Shown here: positions 8,889 to 19,046 of the stretch, one piece after another
Layout of the letters: each line of letters starts with the position of its first letter
Position numbering within the stretch: position 1 is the first letter of the stretch
DNA from: Acidobacteriota bacterium
Lineage (GTDB): Bacteria > Acidobacteriota > UBA890
Length of the DNA stretch: 43,989 nt
Direction: 5' to 3'
Assembly: GCA_050114655.1 (NCBI GenBank)
Contig: JASFRZ010000002.1
Span: forward strand, 1 to 43,989
Made by a program: the position numbers and the translations under genes
Notes under the pieces: generated by a model
Databases searched by the model: none
What the model was told of the DNA's origin: nothing
The model's input: only the letters and a program-made list of their open reading frames with translations

Positions 8889-9107
8889 CTAACCCGTGGT
8901 GTAGGGCAGCAAGGCGATCTCGCGCGCCCGCTTGATTGCGCGGGTCAGCATGCGCTGCACCTTGGCACTGTTGCCGTTGGTACGGCGCGGCTGGATCTTG
9001 CCGCGATCGAGGATGAAGTTCTGCAGCAGGTCGACGTCCTTGTAATCGATGTACGGCACGTCGTCCTTCAAGTACTTGTTGCGGCGACGGCGTCCTCCTC
9101 TTCGCAT
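8889..9107 (-). CDS. rpsR: 30S ribosomal protein S18
   Basis: It contains '...[50 protein letters not shown]' and is 72 aa. Confidence 0.95.
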   Translation of the reverse strand: MRRGGRRRRNKYLKDDVPYIDYKDVDLLQNFILDRGKIQPRRTNGNSAKVQRMLTRAIKRAREIALLPYTTG

Positions 9108-9109
9108 CT

Positions 9110-9805
9110 TCAGTTCTCCTTCTCGTCGTCGTCGCCGGAGGTGTCTTCGCCAGCGGCTTCGTCGGCTTCGTCGGCTTCGTCGGTCTCGTCAACCTCGTCG
9201 GTCTCGTCGGCCGGGGCGACCTCAGCGGCTTCGCCGGTCTCGCCGGCAGCTTCGTCATCCTCGGCGACTTCGGCGACTTCGGCGATCACGGCTTCGACGT
9301 CCACTTCACCCTCGCCCTCCTCGACGATCGCCGCGGCGACCTCCTCGGCGGCAACACCCGCCTGCTCGATGGCCACCTGCTCCTCGAGCGACAGCGCGGC
9401 GGCGGCCGCCTCGGCCTCGTGACGGCGCTCGGCAGCGGCCTTCTGGGCGGCGATCTGCTCGGCGTCTGCCGCATGGTCGCCGGCGGCGATCTGCTCGCGC
9501 ACGTCGGCTTCCTGCCGGTCTTCGACGCGTATCACCATCGAGCGAATCACCGACTCGTCGAGCTTCATGCGGTACTTGAGGGCGGCGGGCAGCGTGTTGT
9601 CGCCGTCCGCGTACATCAGCACGTAGATGCCCTCGGTCTTGCCCTGTACCGCGTAGGCGAGCTTGCGGCGCTCCCACACGCCCGCCTGCAGCACAGTGCC
9701 GCCGTCGTTTTCGACCACGACGCGCAGGTCACCGATGACGGCGTCGACGCGCTCGTCGTCGGCGTCGGGCGTGACGATCAGAAGTGTTTCGTAGAGATTC
9801 GGCAT
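9110..9805 (-). CDS. rpsF: 30S ribosomal protein S6 with a ~135-aa acidic, Ala-rich C-terminal extension
   Basis: The S6 core is '[27 protein letters not shown]...[22 protein letters not shown]...'. A long A/E/D tail follows. The SD-like 'GAGAGGAG' lies just upstream of the ATG. Confidence 0.9.
   Translation of the reverse strand: MPNLYETLLIVTPDADDERVDAVIGDLRVVVENDGGTVLQAGVWERRKLAYAVQGKTEGIYVLMYADGDNTLPAALKYRMKLDESVIRSMVIRVEDRQEADVREQIAAGDHAADAEQIAAQKAAAERRHEAEAAAAALSLEEQVAIEQAGVAAEEVAAAIVEEGEGEVDVEAVIAEVAEVAEDDEAAGETGEAAEVAPADETDEVDETDEADEADEAAGEDTSGDDDEKEN
9155..9208 (-). repeat. Six tandem 9-nt units inside rpsF encoding the D-E-x repeats of the acidic tail
   Basis: The plus strand reads 'ggcttcgtc' x3 (9155-9181), then 'ggtctcgtc', 'aacctcgtc', 'ggtctcgtc'. 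These translate on the minus strand to '...[18 protein letters not shown]...'. Confidence 0.8.
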
Positions 9806-9908
9806 GGATCTCCTCTCGGTCTCAGGCCCTGCACGAACAGGGCGAGGAGTTGCGAGATTTGTTGTTTGAAGGTGCTGGTGTTGCCGCGTGAACGGGACCG
9901 GAAGGCTG

Positions 9909-11963
<2,055 letters not shown>

Positions 11964-11997
11964 CAGGTGGAACTCCTCTGTCCTCTCGTACTGCCGT

Positions 11998-12576
11998 TCA
12001 GTTGTAGCGGTTCATCGCCGCGATGAGCCCCTGTCGGAGCACCATCTCGACGGCGTCGGCGGCGTCCTCGATCATCTCGGCCGCCATGTCCCGTTCGTCC
12101 TTGTCGAAGCGGCTGAGCACGTAGTCGGCGGTATCCGCCGGGGCGCGCTCGCCGCAGATCCCCATCCGCAGACGGGGAATTTTCTGTGTTCCCAGCGACT
12201 CGATCACCGACTTCATGCCGTTCTGCCCGCCCGATCCACCGCTCTCCCGCAGGCGGATCTTGCCCAGCGGCAGGTCGATGTCATCGAAGGCCACCACCAG
12301 CTCATCCGGCCCGAGGCCCAGCTCACGGCACGCCTGAGCGACCCCCCGACCGCTGTCGTTCATGTAGGTCTTCGAACGGATGAGCCACAGCTCGGCCGGA
12401 CCACCATCCTCCCGCCTGCCCTTCATGCGCACGCGGGAGAGTCTCGCGTTGCTCAGCTCCTTGGTATCGACGGCCGGATAGCGCCGCTCGAGAACGGCCA
12501 ACAGCATCCAGCCGGCGTTGTGACGGTGCTCCGCGTACTCGTCGCCCGGGTTCCCCAGGCCGGCCAGCGCGCGCAC
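11998..12576 (-). CDS. pth: peptidyl-tRNA hydrolase
   Basis: It contains '[21 protein letters not shown]', 'KTYMNDSG' and '[11 protein letters not shown]'. The GTG start at 12576 lies 3 nt after the rplY stop. Confidence 0.9.
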   Translation of the reverse strand: MRALAGLGNPGDEYAEHRHNAGWMLLAVLERRYPAVDTKELSNARLSRVRMKGRREDGGPAELWLIRSKTYMNDSGRGVAQACRELGLGPDELVVAFDDIDLPLGKIRLRESGGSGGQNGMKSVIESLGTQKIPRLRMGICGERAPADTADYVLSRFDKDERDMAAEMIEDAADAVEMVLRQGLIAAMNRYN

Positions 12577-12579
12577 CGG

Positions 12580-13287
12580 TTACTCCGAGGCTTTTTCTTC
12601 TTCGCCCTCTTCCTCGGCTTTCTCTTCCTCTTCGGGGGCCTCGGGCGCCTCTTCGCCCTCTCCGAGCTCCTCGCCGACGACCTCCGGCTCCTCGCCCTCG
12701 ATGCCGAGGTCGGCCTCGAGATCCTCCTCGGAGACCGGCGGCACGACGGATGCGACCGAGTAGTCGAGATCCGTCTCCAACGTGACGTCGGGCGGCAGCA
12801 CCAGGTCGGCGACCTTGATCGAGTCGTTGATCTCCAGGTGGCTGACGTCGATGTCGATGCTCTCCGGGATGTTGCCCGGCAGGCAGCTCACCTCGAGCTC
12901 GCGCAGCGAGTGGTCGAGCACGCCGCCCTCGACGACGCCTTTAGGCTCACCGATGAGGCGGATCGGTACGGAGACCTCGATCTCCACGTCCATCGCGATG
13001 CGCGCCAGATCGGCGTGCAGCAGCGTGTGGGTGATCGGGTCGATCTGGACGTCGAAGATCATCACGTTGTCTTCGCCGCCGTCGCCGGTCTTGAGCTTGA
13101 AAATGGTGTTCTGTCCCGACTCCGACTTCAGAATCGAGACGATCTCGCCGGGATCCAAGGTGATGGGCAGCGACTCCTTGCCGCCGCCGTAGACGATCGC
13201 CGGCAGCTTGCGCTCGCGCCGCATGCGACGCGCCTCGTTGCTGGAGCCAGCCTCCCGTGGCGCTGCTTCGATGACAATTTCAGCCAT
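12580..13287 (-). CDS. rplY: 50S ribosomal protein L25 / general stress protein Ctc, with an acidic C-terminal tail
   Basis: It contains '...RRERKLPAIVYGGGKESLPITLD...' and a two-domain Ctc-type body. The last ~45 aa are a Glu-rich tail. Confidence 0.9.
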   Translation of the reverse strand: MAEIVIEAAPREAGSSNEARRMRRERKLPAIVYGGGKESLPITLDPGEIVSILKSESGQNTIFKLKTGDGGEDNVMIFDVQIDPITHTLLHADLARIAMDVEIEVSVPIRLIGEPKGVVEGGVLDHSLRELEVSCLPGNIPESIDIDVSHLEINDSIKVADLVLPPDVTLETDLDYSVASVVPPVSEEDLEADLGIEGEEPEVVGEELGEGEEAPEAPEEEEKAEEEGEEEKASE

Positions 13288-13305
13288 GGCTCTTTCTCTT
13301 CAGAA

Positions 13306-14256
13306 TCAGATGAACAAGCTCGAAACGCTTGTTTCTTCGTGGATGTTGCGAATCGCTGCGCCGAGCAGCTCGGCAACCGACAGCACGAGGATCGCGGAGC
13401 AATCCCTGGCCGGGCCGCGCAGCGGAATGGTGTCAGTAACGATGACCTTGCTGAACGGGCCCTCCTCGATGCGCTCGATGGCGGGTCCCGAAAGCACTGG
13501 GTGCGTGGCGAAAGCGTAAACCGCCTTGGCGCCGTTCTCCATCAGCGCATTGGCACCTTGGGTCAGCGTGCCGGCGGTGTCGATCATGTCGTCGTACAGA
13601 ATCGTGTTGCAACCGTCGACCTCGCCGATGACGTTCATGGCCACTGCCTTGTTGGCGCGCGGCCGCCGCTTGTCGATGATCGCCAGCCCGGCGTTGAGCC
13701 GCTTGGCAATGGCGCGCGCGCGCTCCACCGCGCCGGCGTCGGGTGCCACCATCACCAGGTCGTCGAGCTCCATCGCCGCGATGTGCTCGACGGCCACCGG
13801 AGCGGCGAACAGATGATCCACCGGGATGTTGAAGAATCCCTGGATCTGGCCCGCGTGCAGATCCATCGCCAGCACCCGGTCGGCGCCCGCCGCAACGAGC
13901 TGGTCGGCGACCAGCTTGGCGGTGATCGGCACACGGGGCTCGTCCTTCTTGTCCTGCCGCGCGTAGCCGAAGTACGGGATCACCGCGGTGATCCGCGCGG
14001 CCGAGGAGCGTCGCGCCGCGTCGCACATGATCAGCAGCTCCATCAAGCTGCGATTGACCGGGCGGCACGTCGACTGAATGACGAATACGTCCGAGCCGCG
14101 CACGTTTTCCTGCAGCTGGCAGCGCACCTCCCCGTCGGAGAACTGGGTCAGCTCGATGTTGCCGAGCTGATGACCGAGGTAGTCGGCAATGCGCTGAGCG
14201 AGTTCCGGGTTGGCGTTACCCGCGAACAGGATGAGGGGGCGATCGGCAGAAGGCAT
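13306..14256 (-). CDS. prs: ribose-phosphate pyrophosphokinase
   Basis: It contains '[20 protein letters not shown]', '[16 protein letters not shown]' and '[13 protein letters not shown]' (the PRPP loop). It is 316 aa. Confidence 0.95.
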   Translation of the reverse strand: MPSADRPLILFAGNANPELAQRIADYLGHQLGNIELTQFSDGEVRCQLQENVRGSDVFVIQSTCRPVNRSLMELLIMCDAARRSSAARITAVIPYFGYARQDKKDEPRVPITAKLVADQLVAAGADRVLAMDLHAGQIQGFFNIPVDHLFAAPVAVEHIAAMELDDLVMVAPDAGAVERARAIAKRLNAGLAIIDKRRPRANKAVAMNVIGEVDGCNTILYDDMIDTAGTLTQGANALMENGAKAVYAFATHPVLSGPAIERIEEGPFSKVIVTDTIPLRGPARDCSAILVLSVAELLGAAIRNIHEETSVSSLFI

Positions 14257-14346
14257 CGGCTACAAGGGGCTATGGGAGCGGATGGTCTGAGGACGCGGCT
14301 CGGGCGGAAGTTTATCGAATGATCTGGTTCGGATGAGCAAACGAAG

Positions 14347-14419
14347 CTGGGGCGGCAGGACTCGAACCTGCAAATGCGGGATCCAAAGTCCCGTGCCTTG
14401 CCAATTTGGCGACGCCCCA
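14347..14419 (-). tRNA. tRNA-Gln (anticodon UUG), CCA not encoded
   Basis: The reverse complement reads 'TGGGGCG TC GCC AAATTGGCAA GGC A CGGGA CTTTGGA TCCCG CATTT GCAGG TTCGAGT CCTGC CGCCCCA G'. It forms a full cloverleaf with the U1-A72 pair and G73 discriminator typical of bacterial tRNA-Gln. The anticodon loop is C-U-UUG-G-A. Confidence 0.9.
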
Positions 14420-14481
14420 AGAATTCTCGGACTGCTTGAAATCGCGTCGATTTCGGGACGTGCGTGTAGCACGAGTGGCTC

Positions 14482-14511
14482 ATTATAGCCGCGATCCGAG
14501 CAACCTATCAA
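14482..14511 (-). promoter_or_regulatory. sigma70-type promoter upstream of tRNA-Gln (and possibly prs-rplY-pth)
   Basis: The minus strand reads 'TTGATA' (14511-14506), an 18-nt spacer, then a perfect 'TATAAT' (14487-14482). It lies ~60 nt upstream of the tRNA 5' end. A perfect AT hexamer is conspicuous against this GC-rich background. Confidence 0.6.
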
Positions 14512-14600
14512 ACTCCCCGCGGGGCGCCCCCCGGTCGGATCACCCGCCTCGCCCGCGACACGGAACACACCGGCGCAGGGTACGGCCGGTAGCAGCCCGG

Positions 14601-15572
14601 TCAACCTCTCGACCGGTCGTCGGGGCCGAACAGGCCGTGGCGGTGCCGATCTCCCGTCACGGAAACGAAAACCCCCGCCCAGATTCCCTGCGCGCGCAGG
14701 CGCGCGGCCGCGCGCGCCGCCTGGCGGCGGGTGGCGAAGGCGCCGAACGATGCCGCGCCGCTACCGGTCATCTGGGCGACCGCGGCACCGAGCCGGCGCA
14801 GGCGGTCGCACACCTCCCCGACCTCGGGAACCAGGCCGTAGACCGCCGGAGCAAGGTCGTTGCCCATCCAGGAGGGGTCGAGCGACGGTACGTAGGGTGG
14901 CGCCTGCGGGGGCTCGGCGGCAGGCGACAGGTCACCGGCTTCGGCCGCCGCGACCGCGGCGCGCCGGTCGAAGGCGGCGTACGCCGCCGGCGTGGCGATG
15001 TGCACATCGGGCGCGGCGATCACCAGCCAGGTCCTCGGCAGCGGCTCGAGCGGCGCGATCCGGGTGCCCCGACCGGTGCCCAGCGCGGTGCCACCGTACA
15101 GGAAGAAAGGCACGTCGGAGCCGATCTCCGCGGCAACGCGCTGCAGCACGCCGCCGGCCTCGAGTGGATTGCAGGGCAGCCCCCACAGGCGTGCGGCTGC
15201 CGCCAGCGCCGCGACCGCGTCGCCGCTGCCGCCGCCGAGGCCGGCGCCGGCGGGCACCCGCTTGACAAGCCGCATATCCAGCGCCACCGGCGCGACGCCC
15301 GCGGCGCGCGCCTCGGCGGCGAGTAGCCGCACGGCGCGCGTGACGGTGTTGTCGGCGGGCAGTTCGGCGCCCGCGACCCGCAGGCGCAACGGCGTCGCCG
15401 CATCGGGTCGCTCGCCGTCGCCACCCTCGAGGCGCCGCGCGTACAGCAGGTCGCAGAGGCTCACCGTCTGGAACACCGTCGCCAGCGGGTGGTAGCCGTC
15501 CTCGTCGAGCGGTCCGACCCGCAGCGCCAGGTTGATCTTGGCGTGCGCCCGCAGACGCAGCGGCTCGCTCAC
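14601..15572 (-). CDS. ispE: 4-diphosphocytidyl-2-C-methyl-D-erythritol kinase
   Basis: It contains 'AHAKINLALRVGP', 'KRVPAGAGLGGGSGDAVAAL' (the GHMP kinase loop), 'GSDVPFFL' and 'MTGSGAASFG'. I prefer the GTG start at 15572, which overlaps the upstream stop (GTGA). The track start at 15629 adds only an Arg-rich leader. Confidence 0.85.
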   Translation of the reverse strand: MSEPLRLRAHAKINLALRVGPLDEDGYHPLATVFQTVSLCDLLYARRLEGGDGERPDAATPLRLRVAGAELPADNTVTRAVRLLAAEARAAGVAPVALDMRLVKRVPAGAGLGGGSGDAVAALAAAARLWGLPCNPLEAGGVLQRVAAEIGSDVPFFLYGGTALGTGRGTRIAPLEPLPRTWLVIAAPDVHIATPAAYAAFDRRAAVAAAEAGDLSPAAEPPQAPPYVPSLDPSWMGNDLAPAVYGLVPEVGEVCDRLRRLGAAVAQMTGSGAASFGAFATRRQAARAAARLRAQGIWAGVFVSVTGDRHRHGLFGPDDRSRG

Positions 15573-16441
15573 CGGCCGAGCCCGCGACGCAGCAGGCCGC
15601 CGTCGGCGGCGAGCGCGGCGAGCGGGCAATCCATCGTGTTACGGACCGGCGGGAGCTGGTCGAAAAACTCCGGCTCCAACCCCTCGGGGTTACGGTGCCA
15701 CGCCGGCGCCAGGCGCAGCTGAAGCGTGATGCCCTCGGCCTCGACGTCGACGCGCATGCGGCTCGGCACCGGGGTCTCTCCCTCCATCCATGCCTCGTAG
15801 AGCCCGCTGATCGTTCCCGCCCCGCTGCTCACCGTGAAGCGCTCGAAACGGAGCGTCACCGGGTGGAGCCACGCGGTCGTATTCGAGCCGGCCACCCGGA
15901 TGCGGCGCTCGGCCTCGTCCCAGCTCACCGTGGCGCGTTCCGGGTGCGGCACCGCAAAGCCCATCAGCACGGCGACGATGTCTTCGGGCGCCAGATCGAT
16001 GCCCAAGGCGCGGCCGAACGCGCCCGGCACGTTGGGGCCGCGGTACAGGCACGGATCGTCGGAGACCCACAACCCGACCTCGCTGCGGCTGACGCCGACG
16101 AAGCCCTCGCTGATCATCGTCGGCGGCATCACCTCGATCTGCACCAGCGCGTCGCGCAACAGATAGATCTGCGTGTCGAGCGTGCGGCTGTTGATGCCGC
16201 GGCTGGCGCGCACCTGCCACGAGCCCACCATGCCGCGCAGCCCGTCCCATTGCGCCAGCGCCGCGGCGACGATCGCGCCGGGGTCGTTGCGCGCCTGCTC
16301 GGCCAGGTCGGGCTGCGTTTGCACCCAGTCGTCGGCGCCGGCGCAGCCCGCCAGCATTGCGACCAGCAGCAGAATCCCGGCCACCCCGGCGCGCGTTGCG
16401 TACCGCCCCCGACGCAGGGCGTTGCGCTGCCCGTGCGGCAT
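15569..16441 (-). CDS. lipoprotein occupying the LolB position (putative LolB-like outer-membrane lipoprotein)
   Basis: It has a signal peptide with lipobox 'LLLVAMLAGC'. It lies directly upstream of ispE-(tRNA)-prs and overlaps the ispE start, matching the lolB-ispE-prs arrangement of E. coli. No diagnostic motif is recognised, so the call rests on synteny and the lipobox. I take the start at ATG 16441; 16504 is an alternative. Confidence 0.5.
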   Translation of the reverse strand: MPHGQRNALRRGRYATRAGVAGILLLVAMLAGCAGADDWVQTQPDLAEQARNDPGAIVAAALAQWDGLRGMVGSWQVRASRGINSRTLDTQIYLLRDALVQIEVMPPTMISEGFVGVSRSEVGLWVSDDPCLYRGPNVPGAFGRALGIDLAPEDIVAVLMGFAVPHPERATVSWDEAERRIRVAGSNTTAWLHPVTLRFERFTVSSGAGTISGLYEAWMEGETPVPSRMRVDVEAEGITLQLRLAPAWHRNPEGLEPEFFDQLPPVRNTMDCPLAALAADGGLLRRGLGR

Positions 16442-16535
16442 TGCCCGACGGTTCCGGGGGCGGTGGCTTGTCGCCCGCGAGGCGTTACTATCCGTAGCGT
16501 TCACGAGCCAACACTACACCGCCACGATCCGCCCC

Positions 16536-17834
16536 ATGCCCACGTCATTTCACGGGCGCGACACCGCCGCCCTGGAAGCGCTCGAGGCCGAAACGCTCGC
16601 CCCCTACGCGCGGCGTAGCGCCGACGCCACACGCCGCTACGTCCTCGCCGACACGGGCCGCACATTGACCTACCGTACCGCCTTCCAGCGCGATCGTGAC
16701 CGCATTCTGCACTCGCTCGCCTTCCGCCGCCTCAAGCACAAGACGCAGGTTTACGTACCCTATGAGGGTGACCATCACCGCACCCGCCTGACCCATACCC
16801 TCGAGGTGGCGCAGCTGTCCCGCACCATCGCGCGCGCCCTCGGCCTGAACGAGGACCTGGTCGAGGCCATCGCCATGGGGCACGACCTCGGCCAGCCTCC
16901 TTTCGGCGCCGCGGGCGGCGACACACTCGCCGCCCTGCTCGACGGCAGCGAGCGGATCGACGGCATCGACGCGGCTGCGCTCGCCGCCACCGGTGGCTTC
17001 CGCCCCAACTACCAGAGCCTGCGTGTGGTCGACCGCCTCGAGCAACGCTACGACCATCCCGGCCTCAACCTCACCGATGCGGTGCGCGAGGGCATCTGGA
17101 AGCGCGGTCACGTCGACGACGAGGTGCAGTACCCCGACTGGGTCGACGAGGGCTTGCGCCCGGGCCAGCCGCCGCTGCTCGAGGGGCAGGTCGTATCCCT
17201 CGCCGACCGGCTTGCCCGCCTGACGCACGATCTCGAGGACGGCATCCGCGCCGGCCAGGTCGCGCTGCACGCCGCCGAGCGACTCGACCTCGGCGAGGCG
17301 GTGGCCCACAAGCTGGGCGAGTCGTACCTCACCCGCCAGGGGCGCTTCGGGCGCCAGAACGCGCTCATCCGCGGCATGATTCACTTGCTGGTGTCGGACA
17401 CCGTGGTGGCTGCCGCCGACGCGCTCGCCGAGGACGCCGAGGCCCCGCGCGTGGTGGTGGCGCTGTCGCCGCCGGTCGCGGAGATGGCCGCCGAGCTGGA
17501 GTCCTTCGTCGAGTCGCAGGTCTATCGCTCGTTTGCCGTCAGCCGGCTGGAGGCGCGCGCGCGCACCTTCCTGCGCGGGCTGTTCGGTGCCTATCACCGT
17601 GACCCGCTGCAGCTCGACGACTACGTGCTGCTGCGCTACAAGACGATGACCGGCTGCGACTACCTGCGCGATCTGCCGGGCGACAAGGTCGCCGCCGAGG
17701 TTGCCACCCGCTACCACGGCAAGCCCGCCTTCCTGCGATTGATCGCCGATCACGTCGCCGGGATGAGCGATTCCTTCGCCCTGAAGGAATACGAGCGCCT
17801 CTATCTGCCATTCGCCGACACGGAGAGCCGCTAG
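16536..17834 (+). CDS. dgt: dGTPase-like HD-domain triphosphohydrolase family protein
   Basis: It contains 'FQRDRDRILHSLAFRRLKHKTQV', 'RTRLTHTLEVAQLSR' and 'GHDLGQPPFG'. I take the start at ATG 16536 ('MPTSFHG...'). The upstream part of the track ORF overlaps the divergent lipoprotein gene. Confidence 0.85.
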   Translation: MPTSFHGRDTAALEALEAETLAPYARRSADATRRYVLADTGRTLTYRTAFQRDRDRILHSLAFRRLKHKTQVYVPYEGDHHRTRLTHTLEVAQLSRTIARALGLNEDLVEAIAMGHDLGQPPFGAAGGDTLAALLDGSERIDGIDAAALAATGGFRPNYQSLRVVDRLEQRYDHPGLNLTDAVREGIWKRGHVDDEVQYPDWVDEGLRPGQPPLLEGQVVSLADRLARLTHDLEDGIRAGQVALHAAERLDLGEAVAHKLGESYLTRQGRFGRQNALIRGMIHLLVSDTVVAAADALAEDAEAPRVVVALSPPVAEMAAELESFVESQVYRSFAVSRLEARARTFLRGLFGAYHRDPLQLDDYVLLRYKTMTGCDYLRDLPGDKVAAEVATRYHGKPAFLRLIADHVAGMSDSFALKEYERLYLPFADTESR

Positions 17835-19006
17835 TGGCGGCAGCCGACAACACCCCGGCGGCAACGGATGGCGCGCGCGGCAGCCGCCTGGCGCTGGCAG
17901 CGTTCGTGCTGCTGCTGGTGGTGATCGCCTTCGCGCGCGCGCACTTCGCCTCGAGCACCGGCATCCGCATCGGCGGCGACGGCGCCGACTACCAGGCAAT
18001 GGCGACGAGCATGTCGCTCGAGGGGCGCGCGCCGTTCGCCTTCCGGCCCGCGGCGCCGCTGCTGGTCGGCGCGCTCTTCGGCGGCTCGCTGATGGGATTC
18101 GTCGTGTTGTGCGCGCTGGCGATGTTCGCAGCGCTCTACACCACCGGCGCGCTGGCGCCGGACGGACTCGCCGGCTACGGCATTGTGGCGGTGCTGTTCT
18201 TCAACTACCAGGTGCTGTTCGCTGCCGCCAACCCGGCGCGCATCGACGTCCTGGTGCTCGCCGTGCAACTCGGCTTCGTCGCCCTGGCGCTGCGCGGCCG
18301 CAGCACGATGTTCCTCGCCCTGTTGCCGCTGTGCGCCCTGCTCAAGGAAAGCCTGTTGCTGAGCCTCGGCGCGCTGGCGCTGATCGCCTTCGGCCAGCGG
18401 CGCGAGCTGTGGGGCAAGATGGGCGCTTCGGCGGCGGGCTTCCTCGCACTCCATCTGGTGGTGCGTGCCGCGGCGACCCCGACCGCAAGCATGCCGCCCT
18501 ACGACGGCGGCATGCCGGTCGTCGCCGCGGCCTGGAGCATGCTGAGCTCCAACCTGTCGTTGCTCACCCCTCTCGACTTCTTCATCGCCTGGGGCGGCCT
18601 GTGTTGCATCGCCGGCTGGCTGGCGTTCGGCGGCGGCGCGCCGCCGGCCGCCGCCCGCGAGCTGTTGCTCCCGGCGAGCTCGACGTTCCTGCTGCTGTTC
18701 CCCTTGCCACTGGTCACCGACGTGCACCGCGCATGGTTCGAGCTGCTCGCGCCGACGGTGTTCTTCCTGCTGCTGCCGGCCCTGACCCGGGAGCGTCGCA
18801 GCGCCATGTACCCGGCGCTGGTGGCAGCGATGGCGGCGAGCATCCTCCCGTACGCGGTGCGTTTCGTGGCCACCGATCACCTCTACCTCCTGATCCTCGA
18901 GCGGCGGCTGTCGGCAGTGGCGGTGGTGGGGCTACTGGCCGCGCTGGCGGCCGCCGGCGCCGCGCTGGCTTACTGGCGCCGCGCTCCGACTCCGGCGGCG
19001 AGCTAG
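17834..19006 (+). CDS. polytopic membrane protein of unknown function (possibly a short GT-C-like protein)
   Basis: This is a 390-aa, highly hydrophobic ORF. Its GTG start shares one nucleotide with the dgt stop (TAGTG at 17832-17836). The N-terminal loop is 'GGDGADYQAMATSMSLEG'. Confidence 0.5.
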   Translation: MAAADNTPAATDGARGSRLALAAFVLLLVVIAFARAHFASSTGIRIGGDGADYQAMATSMSLEGRAPFAFRPAAPLLVGALFGGSLMGFVVLCALAMFAALYTTGALAPDGLAGYGIVAVLFFNYQVLFAAANPARIDVLVLAVQLGFVALALRGRSTMFLALLPLCALLKESLLLSLGALALIAFGQRRELWGKMGASAAGFLALHLVVRAAATPTASMPPYDGGMPVVAAAWSMLSSNLSLLTPLDFFIAWGGLCCIAGWLAFGGGAPPAAARELLLPASSTFLLLFPLPLVTDVHRAWFELLAPTVFFLLLPALTRERRSAMYPALVAAMAASILPYAVRFVATDHLYLLILERRLSAVAVVGLLAALAAAGAALAYWRRAPTPAAS

Positions 19007-19046
19007 CCGCGTGGAGCGCTGATCGGACCGCGGCCGCGGCGGCCGC

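Noticed and set aside
9155-9208. Tandem 9-nt repeats considered as a CRISPR-like or non-coding satellite array.
   Set aside because: The units are contiguous with no spacers, in frame, and inside rpsF, where they encode D-E-x repeats. I report them only as a coding repeat.
19028-19039. A perfect 12-bp palindrome, CCGCGGCCGCGG, in the 40-nt convergent gap between the membrane-protein gene and the ASST-like gene. I considered it as a bidirectional terminator.
   Set aside because: It is a zero-loop palindrome with no U/A tracts. Such GC palindromes arise easily in GC-rich DNA, so it is not enough to call a terminator or binding site.
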